Virus record (IMG/VR): IMGVR_UViG_2681813321_000010
From: a virus
Taxonomy: Duplodnaviria > Heunggongvirae > Uroviricota > Caudoviricetes
Strand: one strand, 5' to 3'
DNA length: 12,244 nucleotides
The position numbers were made by a program, and so were the translations under genes. Shown here one piece after another: positions 6,838-12,244 of this stretch (the first letter of the stretch is position 1; each line of letters begins with the position of its first letter). Below the pieces are notes generated by a model. The model was given only the letters and a program-made list of their open reading frames with translations. It had not been told where the DNA came from and did no database searches.

Positions 6838-7783
6838 ACGCCCACTGGTTATAAACACACAGCTTGCGATGAAGATTGGCTTAAATGAAGCCATTGTGTT
6901 GCAGCAGTTGCATTACTGGTTGAGAGATACCAGTTCCGGTATGGAATGTGACGGGGTTCGCTGGATTTATAACACAACAGAACAATGGCTGGAACAGTTC
7001 CCGTTCTGGTCAGAGTCAACGTTAAAACGCGCATTTGCAAGTCTGAAAACGCTGGGGCTTTTGCGTTGCGAAAAGCTCAACAAATCAAAGCGTGATATGA
7101 CTAATTTTTACACGATTAATTACGAGAGTGAGCTTTTAGATGGTGGCAAAGTGAGCGAATCCATCAGGTCAAAATGCGCCGCTCCATCGGGTCAAAATGA
7201 CACGATGGAAGAGGTCAAAATGGCACGCTCCATTGGTTCAAAACGACCCAATGTCATCGGGTCAAAATGGCCTGATGATCTTACAGAGAATACAACAGAG
7301 ATTACTACAGAGAATAAAAACACTTCTCGTCCGGAAGCTTCGCAACCGGACCCGCAGACGGCTGAACAGGATTTTTTAACCCGACACCCTGACGCGGTTG
7401 TGTTCAGTGCGAAAAAACGCCAGTGGGGAAGTCAGGAAGATTTGGCGTGCGCACAGTGGATCTGGGGACGAATCGTGAGTCTTTACGAGCAGGCTGCCAG
7501 CGATGATGGCGAGATCACGCGACCGAAAGAACCAAACTGGACCGCATGGGCCAATGACGTGCGCACAATGCGGATGCTGGATGGCAGAAGCCACAGACAA
7601 ATTTGCGAAATGTTTGGTCGGGTACAGCGAGATCCATTCTGGGTAAAAAACATCATGAGCCCGTCAAAGCTTCGCGAAAAATGGGACGACCTGGTCATCC
7701 GCCTGGGGCGTTCACCTGTACAGTGTTGTGTGAATCATATTTCTGAACCGGATACCGAAATTCCGCCTGGTTTCAGGGGATAA
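6818..7783 (+). CDS. Replication initiator, lambda O-like (paralog)
   Basis: ATG at 6818 overlaps the upstream stop exactly as in module 1; carries the equivalent iterons. Confidence 0.75.
   Translation: MSLLFAERPLVINTQLAMKIGLNEAIVLQQLHYWLRDTSSGMECDGVRWIYNTTEQWLEQFPFWSESTLKRAFASLKTLGLLRCEKLNKSKRDMTNFYTINYESELLDGGKVSESIRSKCAAPSGQNDTMEEVKMARSIGSKRPNVIGSKWPDDLTENTTEITTENKNTSRPEASQPDPQTAEQDFLTRHPDAVVFSAKKRQWGSQEDLACAQWIWGRIVSLYEQAASDDGEITRPKEPNWTAWANDVRTMRMLDGRSHRQICEMFGRVQRDPFWVKNIMSPSKLREKWDDLVIRLGRSPVQCCVNHISEPDTEIPPGFRG
7160..7318 (+). repeat. Putative replication origin of module 2 (five iterons plus A-rich 12-bp repeats)
   Basis: Iterons begin at 7160, 7183, 7206, 7229, 7253, the same positions as module 1 at offset 4377. 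Confidence 0.7.
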
Positions 7784-7823
7784 GTGGTGATTTTAGGGCA
7801 TAAAGTAATGTTCAGGAGGACTT

Positions 7824-8231
7824 ATGGCAAAAGTATTTACACAGGAAGAGCGGGAAAAAATTAAAGGACAGGTGGTGGAACTCGTGCGCCAGAGCGGTCG
7901 TGAGACGTTACGGCAACTGGAAGCTAAAACAGGTGCGACAAGATATCTGATGAGCGTTCTTGCCAGAGAGCTGGTTGCCAGTGGTGATGTATATCACTCT
8001 GGCTATGGGGTGTTCCCGTCAGAACGGGCTCGTAAGGACTGGCAAAACGCCCGCAAAAAACTCTCGAGGGCAAAGGTGAAGAAACCTGTTGTGGTTGATC
8101 CGGGCCTTATCTGGACATTACCCGACGGAGAAATACGCCGCTACGACAGGCGTATGAACATAATCTGTCGCGAGTGCCGGAAGAGCGAAGTTATGCAGCG
8201 TGTATTGGCGTTCTATCAGGGATATGCCTAG
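7824..8231 (+). CDS. Hypothetical 135-aa protein in the P position (paralog of 3447-3869)
   Basis: ATG 4 nt after AGGAGG; about 90% identical by eye to the module 1 copy. Confidence 0.75.
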   Translation: MAKVFTQEEREKIKGQVVELVRQSGRETLRQLEAKTGATRYLMSVLARELVASGDVYHSGYGVFPSERARKDWQNARKKLSRAKVKKPVVVDPGLIWTLPDGEIRRYDRRMNIICRECRKSEVMQRVLAFYQGYA

Positions 8232-8599
8232 AATTGTCACAGGTAATGAAATTAAAGAGTATTGGTTCGGATATGAATTGACATTTTCGCGGCACAGAGC
8301 TAAAAATAGCCTACTTGTTGGTTTTGTGTGAAAAGCAGACATTTTGAGGCTCAGGATTTGTTATCAAATAAGACCAATACTTATCTATATTAATACACAT
8401 TAAATACTGTGCAATACATTATTGCATTTTATTAGATAAGCGATATTTAGGGAAAAGAAAAGTCATAGAAAACAGGCCGCTATTTGTTGTTGGATTTTAT
8501 AGGCTATATCTAGATTATCTTGCCACTGCGGTCTCTGTTTACCTAACAGCTTGGGCTTCTTTGCATGCAAGTTTGTAATAACAAGAGTAATCAAACGGA

Positions 8600-9631
8600 A
8601 TGTCTATTAATCCTAAACTTAAGCGTATCGCGCGACGCTATCCAGCGTTATTCCAATATGAGTCCCCCTATATGGCAAGAAAATTAATAATATTCGGCAA
8701 CGGTCTCGGTATGGCTTTAGATCCTGCTCACTTCTCCTTAGACAGAGCGTTGGAAGAAATTTGGCATCGCCCCAATTTTTTAAAAGATATCCACAAGCAA
8801 CTTATCGAGCGTTGTCTTCAGCGGCAAGGTCCACCAGAAGGAGAACATGAGTTGGATACCCTTCACCAGGCTGTCACATATTGTAAAGCTCTTGCTCAAA
8901 TTGGAGAGGGGAACGTGCATTGGCTTACTGAAGATGGACTAAACTTCCCCAAAATTACCGCCACTTATATTCACAAAGTTGCAACCAGGTTGCATAATTA
9001 CGATAAAGGTTTGCCACAAAGATTCGAAAATGCGCTTGTGGAGTTTGTAAAGAACACACACTCACATATCGCGACATTAAACTATGACAAATTATTATAC
9101 AATTCATTCATAGATAATGATATATTCAACGGGTATGATGGGGTTTTAGTTGATGGGATGCTAAGCCACGGATTTTCCTCTGCAGCGCTCGAACGGAAAT
9201 ACAATCGTAGGTTTGGTTATTATTTGCACTTGCATGGTTCACCACTATTTATTAATCAGCATGAAAATGTTTTAAAACTTTCACGCTCACAACTTACTCT
9301 TGACATAGATGAACCTAGTGAGCATATAGTGTTAACTCATATAAAAAGAAAACCGTCAGTTATAGCAGCATCTAATGTTCTTTCTACGTACTGGGATTAT
9401 TTGCAGTTTGCATTATTTGAATCAGAAGAAATAATATTGTTTGGTTACTCTGGTCTCGATATTCACCTTAACCTGCTTATTCGACCTTACCTAACCTCTA
9501 AGCCTTTAAGAGTAATTGAGTGGAGCGGTGCTGGTGAACAAAACGCTCGTGAGATATATTGGAAAAACCAGTTGAGACGGGAAGTTACTGTAATTAGGTT
9601 GGATAACATCACTGATTTTATTGATTGGTAG
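8600..9631 (+). CDS. SIR2-like (SIR2_2-type) single-domain protein, candidate NAD-consuming defence or abortive-infection effector
   Basis: 343 aa, AT-rich codon usage; ordered motifs LIIFGNGLG (Rossmann-like), TLNYDKL (sirtuin-type N/D), YLHLHGS (His), ILFGYSGLD, in the same order as SIR2-like domains such as Thoeris ThsA; preceded by about 370 bp of AT-rich DNA. Confidence 0.6.
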   Translation: MSINPKLKRIARRYPALFQYESPYMARKLIIFGNGLGMALDPAHFSLDRALEEIWHRPNFLKDIHKQLIERCLQRQGPPEGEHELDTLHQAVTYCKALAQIGEGNVHWLTEDGLNFPKITATYIHKVATRLHNYDKGLPQRFENALVEFVKNTHSHIATLNYDKLLYNSFIDNDIFNGYDGVLVDGMLSHGFSSAALERKYNRRFGYYLHLHGSPLFINQHENVLKLSRSQLTLDIDEPSEHIVLTHIKRKPSVIAASNVLSTYWDYLQFALFESEEIILFGYSGLDIHLNLLIRPYLTSKPLRVIEWSGAGEQNAREIYWKNQLRREVTVIRLDNITDFIDW

Positions 9632-9701
9632 CGCAATGCGAAGTTAAAGAGGCAGCCTCATATTTATCAGAGCTGGTGTACGTCCAATACAGGAGGTTAT
9701 C

Positions 9702-9791
9702 GTGCTGGTTCTCAAATGCGCGCTGGCTATTGCGGCTGTAGTGGCAATTTATTGTCTTGCTATTGTTCTTATGGATCGCCTTTCTGATTGA
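9702..9791 (+). CDS. Candidate 29-aa hydrophobic single-helix peptide (VLVLKCALAIAAVVAIYCLAIVLMDRLSD)
   Basis: GTG start 5 nt after a perfect AGGAGG (9691-9696); uniformly hydrophobic core of about 20 residues; below the ORF-track size cutoff. Confidence 0.4.
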   Translation: MLVLKCALAIAAVVAIYCLAIVLMDRLSD

Positions 9792-10002
9792 TTTTATATT
9801 GGCGAGGTGACGGGAGTTAAGTAGAATTGCTGCGGGTGCTTGAGGCTGTCTGCCTCGGGCATGCCACCGTAAGGCAGACAGAGAAAAGCCCCAGTTAACA
9901 TTACGCGTCCTGCAAGACGCTTAACATTAATCTGAGGCCCAATCTATGCTTCACAAACGTAGGTTAGCCTCTTACGCGCCGAAAGGCAAGGAGAAGCAGG
10001 CT

Positions 10003-10158
10003 ATGAAGCAGCAAAAGGCGATGTTAATCGCCCTGATCGTCATCTGTTTAACCGTCATAGTGACGGCACTGGTAACGAGGAAAGACCTCTGCGAGGTACG
10101 AATCCGAACCGGCCAGACGGAGGTCGCTGTCTTCACAGCTTACGAACCTGAGGAGTAA
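10003..10158 (+). CDS. hokD: HokD (RelF), Hok/Gef-family type I membrane toxin
   Basis: MKQQKAMLIALIVICLTVIVTALVTRKDLCEVRIRTGQTEVAVFTAYEPEE matches my recollection of HokD and the Hok signature (TRK.LCE.R...G..EVA.F.AYE); the track ORF from 9946 is an in-frame upstream extension. Confidence 0.85.
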   Translation: MKQQKAMLIALIVICLTVIVTALVTRKDLCEVRIRTGQTEVAVFTAYEPEE

Positions 10159-10226
10159 GAGACCAGGCGGGGGAGAAATCCCTCGCCACCGCTGATGTGT
10201 CAGGCATCCTCAACGCACCCGCACTT

Positions 10227-10253
10227 AACCCGCTTCGGCGGGTTTTTGTTTTT
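10227..10253 (+). terminator. Intrinsic terminator after hokD
   Basis: CCCGC-TTCG-GCGGG stem-loop (10229-10242) followed by TTTTTGTTTTT. Confidence 0.8.
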
Positions 10254-10266
10254 ATTTTCAACGCAT

Positions 10267-10296
10267 TTGAAGTTCTGGACGGTGTCGGAATAGAAT
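10267..10296 (+). promoter_or_regulatory. Candidate sigma70 promoter for the 83-aa gene
   Basis: TTGAAG (10267-10272), 18-bp spacer, TAGAAT (10291-10296); lies just after the hokD terminator. Confidence 0.4.
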
Positions 10297-10374
10297 CAAA
10301 AATACTTAAGTAGCGCGCAGGGATAAGAGGGATGGTCCCTTAAAGGGGAGAGCTAATTATCCGGAAGGATTCTG

Positions 10375-10626
10375 ATGATGAACATCGAAGAACTGCGTAA
10401 AATTTTTTGTGAAGATGGCCTCTATGCTGTGTGCGTTGAAAATGGAAATATTGTTAGTCATTACCGCATTGTGTGTTTGCGAAAGAATGGGGCTGCGTTA
10501 ATTAATTTTGTGGATGGTCGAGTGACAGACGGATTTATCTTGCGCGAAGGTGAGTTTGTCACTTCATTACAGGCACTGAAAGAGATCGGAATAAAAGCTG
10601 GCTTTTCTGCTTTTTCAGAAGAATAA
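10375..10626 (+). CDS. 83-aa hypothetical prophage protein, possibly the Rem homolog
   Basis: GGAAGG 6 nt upstream of the ATG; same size as Rem (83 aa) and same position between hokD and the ydfU-like gene as in Qin; I cannot recall the Rem sequence to confirm. Confidence 0.65.
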   Translation: MMNIEELRKIFCEDGLYAVCVENGNIVSHYRIVCLRKNGAALINFVDGRVTDGFILREGEFVTSLQALKEIGIKAGFSAFSEE

Positions 10627-10692
10627 ACTCATCTACAATCTTGCGCGGGGCTGAACTCCCGCTGAGTAACACCGTGCCGCCGGAGGAAACCG

Positions 10693-10971
10693 ATGGCACG
10701 CAACGCAAAATATTACAATCATGATAATTCGACCGTTCTTGCCCACACGCACGAGCGGTATTCTCACGCATTTAAGTCAGACTGGTACCAGCATCCCCCA
10801 TGCACTGAAGAACAGGCCGAATGGCTCATTCAGTGTTACCGCAGGCGCGGATGCGAGGTTAAAAAAGCCCTTAGCCTCGACTACCGTCACTGGATAATCT
10901 CCGTCGGGCTTCCTTACTCCGAACGCCCACCGCGTCTGTCCCGCACATTCCAGCAACGCATCTGGAGGTAA
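10693..10971 (+). CDS. 92-aa hypothetical protein
   Basis: GGAGG 7 nt upstream of the ATG; stop immediately precedes the next gene's start. Confidence 0.6.
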   Translation: MARNAKYYNHDNSTVLAHTHERYSHAFKSDWYQHPPCTEEQAEWLIQCYRRRGCEVKKALSLDYRHWIISVGLPYSERPPRLSRTFQQRIWR

Positions 10972-10972
10972 C

Positions 10973-12022
10973 GTGCGGGTATTACTTCGACCTGTTCTGG
11001 TACCGGAACTCGGGCTGGTGGTCCTTAAGCCCGGTCGCGAATCACTGCCGGTTTTTCATTGCGGCAGGGTGCTGGTGGAGCCGGAACCGAAAAGCATGCG
11101 CGGTCTGCCGTCCGGAGTCGTCCCTGCCGTTCGCCAGCCGCTGGCGGAGGATAAATCATTACTGCCATTTTTCAGCGATGAGCGTGTGATTCGTGCTGCT
11201 GGCGGCGCTGGCGCACTGTCTGACTGGCTCCTGCGTCATGTCAAATCCTGCCAGTGGCCTCATGGTGACTACCATCACAGTGAAACCGTCATACATCGTT
11301 ATGGTACCGGCGCAATGGTGTTGTGCTGGCACTGCGACAACCAGCTGCGCGACCAGACCTCCGAATCACTCGGGCAACTTGCTCACCAAAACCTGTCTGC
11401 ATGGATGATTGACGTCATACGCCATGCAATGAATGGCTCGCAGGAACGGGAATTATCGCTGGCTGAATTATCCTGGTGGGCGATCCGCAATCAGGTGGCG
11501 GACGCGCTACCGGAAGCGGTATTACGTCGTTCGCTGGGGTTGCGTGCGGAAAAAATCCGCTCAATGTACCGTGAAAGCGACATCGTACCGGGAGAGCAGA
11601 CCGCCACCAGCATACTGAAACAGCGCACAAAAAATCTTGCGCCGCTGCCTCACGCCCACCAGCAACAGAACCCGCCACAGGAAAAGACGGTGGTCAGCAT
11701 TGCTGTTGATCCGGAGTCTCCGGAATCTTTAATGAAGCGACCTAAACGTCGCCGTTGGGTAAATGAGAAATATACGCGCTGGGTAAAGACACAGCCGTGT
11801 GCGTGTTGTGGTAAGCCAGCCGACGATCCCCATCACCTGATTGGTCATGGTCAGGGCGGAATAGGGACAAAAGCCCACGATATTTTCACGCTACCGTTGT
11901 GCCGGGAGCATCACAACGAACTTCATGCTGATCCGCTGGCATTTGAAGAAAAGCATGGTTCCCAGATTGATTTAATTTTTCGTTTTCTTGATCGCGCCTT
12001 TGCAACCGGCGTGCTCGGGTAA
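10973..12022 (+). CDS. DUF968-family prophage protein (YdfU-like) with a C-terminal HNH-like Cys/His motif
   Basis: 349 aa; GTG start after GGAGG; C-terminus CACCGKPADDPHHLIGHG...LPLCREHHNELHA resembles HNH/zinc-binding nuclease motifs; size and synteny match Qin ydfU. Confidence 0.7.
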   Translation: MRVLLRPVLVPELGLVVLKPGRESLPVFHCGRVLVEPEPKSMRGLPSGVVPAVRQPLAEDKSLLPFFSDERVIRAAGGAGALSDWLLRHVKSCQWPHGDYHHSETVIHRYGTGAMVLCWHCDNQLRDQTSESLGQLAHQNLSAWMIDVIRHAMNGSQERELSLAELSWWAIRNQVADALPEAVLRRSLGLRAEKIRSMYRESDIVPGEQTATSILKQRTKNLAPLPHAHQQQNPPQEKTVVSIAVDPESPESLMKRPKRRRWVNEKYTRWVKTQPCACCGKPADDPHHLIGHGQGGIGTKAHDIFTLPLCREHHNELHADPLAFEEKHGSQIDLIFRFLDRAFATGVLG

Positions 12023-12034
12023 AAGAGGTTACTG

Positions 12035-12244
12035 ATGCGTATAGAGTTTGTTTTGCCTTACCCGCCGACGGTGAACACCTACTGGCGACGTCGTGGCAGC
12101 ACATATTTTGTGTCAAAAGCCGGTGAGCGTTATCGCCGGGATGTGGCACTTATTGTTCGCCAGCAGCGGCTGAAATTAAACCTGTCCGGAAGGCTGGCGA
12201 TAAAGATTATTGCAGAGCCACCGGATAAGCGCCGCCGCGACCTG
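12035..12244 (+). CDS. rusA: RusA-family Holliday-junction resolvase, 5' partial (runs off the window end)
   Basis: MRIEFVLPYPPTVNTYWRRRG...YRRDVALIV...IKIIAEPPDKRRRDL matches the RusA N-terminal pattern (P..N.Y....G......YR..VA.I......I.I....PD.RRRDLDN); AGAGG ribosome-binding site. Confidence 0.8.
   Translation, partial: MRIEFVLPYPPTVNTYWRRRGSTYFVSKAGERYRRDVALIVRQQRLKLNLSGRLAIKIIAEPPDKRRRDL

Larger units (their letters stand above)
1..12244. mobile_element. Lambdoid (Qin/dicB-type) prophage region: leftward early operon, immunity, replication, cargo and nin-like region
   Basis: Gene order dicF-ydfCBA-dicA / dicC-ydaT-like-O-like, then hok, DUF968 and rusA, matches lambdoid early-region layout and E. 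coli Qin synteny; no integrase or att site lies in the window. Confidence 0.8.

Noticed and set aside
7197-7698. Short ORFs nested inside or antisense to the O-like gene (7197-7379 plus; 7376-7600 and 7483-7698 minus; equivalents at 2999-3260)
   Set aside because: All overlap the conserved initiator gene in other frames, with Arg-rich or low-complexity products.
9946-10002. Upstream in-frame extension of hokD (MLHKRRLASYAPKGKEKQA)
   Set aside because: The Hok homology starts at the internal MKQQKAM and Hok-family toxins are about 50 aa; the extension is more likely leader sequence or a mok-like coupling frame than part of the toxin.
10645-10662. GCGGG-N8-CCCGC stem-loop between the 83-aa and 92-aa genes
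   Set aside because: No T-run follows it, so not called as a terminator.
11193-11678. ORFs 11193-11408 (plus), 11415-11678 (minus) and 11433-11618 (plus)
   Set aside because: They are alternative-frame or antisense readings inside the 349-aa DUF968 gene.
1-12244. CRISPR arrays, tRNA or rRNA genes, integrase or att sites
   Set aside because: No regularly spaced short repeats with unique spacers, no cloverleaf-like conserved tRNA motifs and no recombinase-like ORF were seen; the only arrays are the iterons inside the initiator genes.

Overview
This window reads as an enterobacterial lambdoid prophage of the Qin/dicB type, containing two tandem, related immunity-replication modules. Module 1 (about 74-4456): dicF sRNA, ydfC, ydfB, ydfA and dicA on the minus strand, then dicC, a YdaT-like gene, an O-like replication initiator with in-gene iterons, and a 140-aa gene on the plus strand. 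Module 2 (about 4456-8231) repeats this layout with a divergent dicA-like repressor but a nearly identical 1.06-kb ydfABC-dicF block. Each module ends in an AT-rich cargo slot: module 1 holds a probable truncated gene (4122-4455), module 2 holds an intact 343-aa SIR2-like gene (8600-9631), which is my best candidate for an uncharacterised anti-phage or abortive-infection function. Downstream are a 29-aa hydrophobic peptide ORF, hokD, an 83-aa and a 92-aa gene, a DUF968/HNH-like gene and the 5' end of rusA. All calls rest on reading the sequence and recalling protein families; no database search or computation was run, and percent identities are visual estimates.
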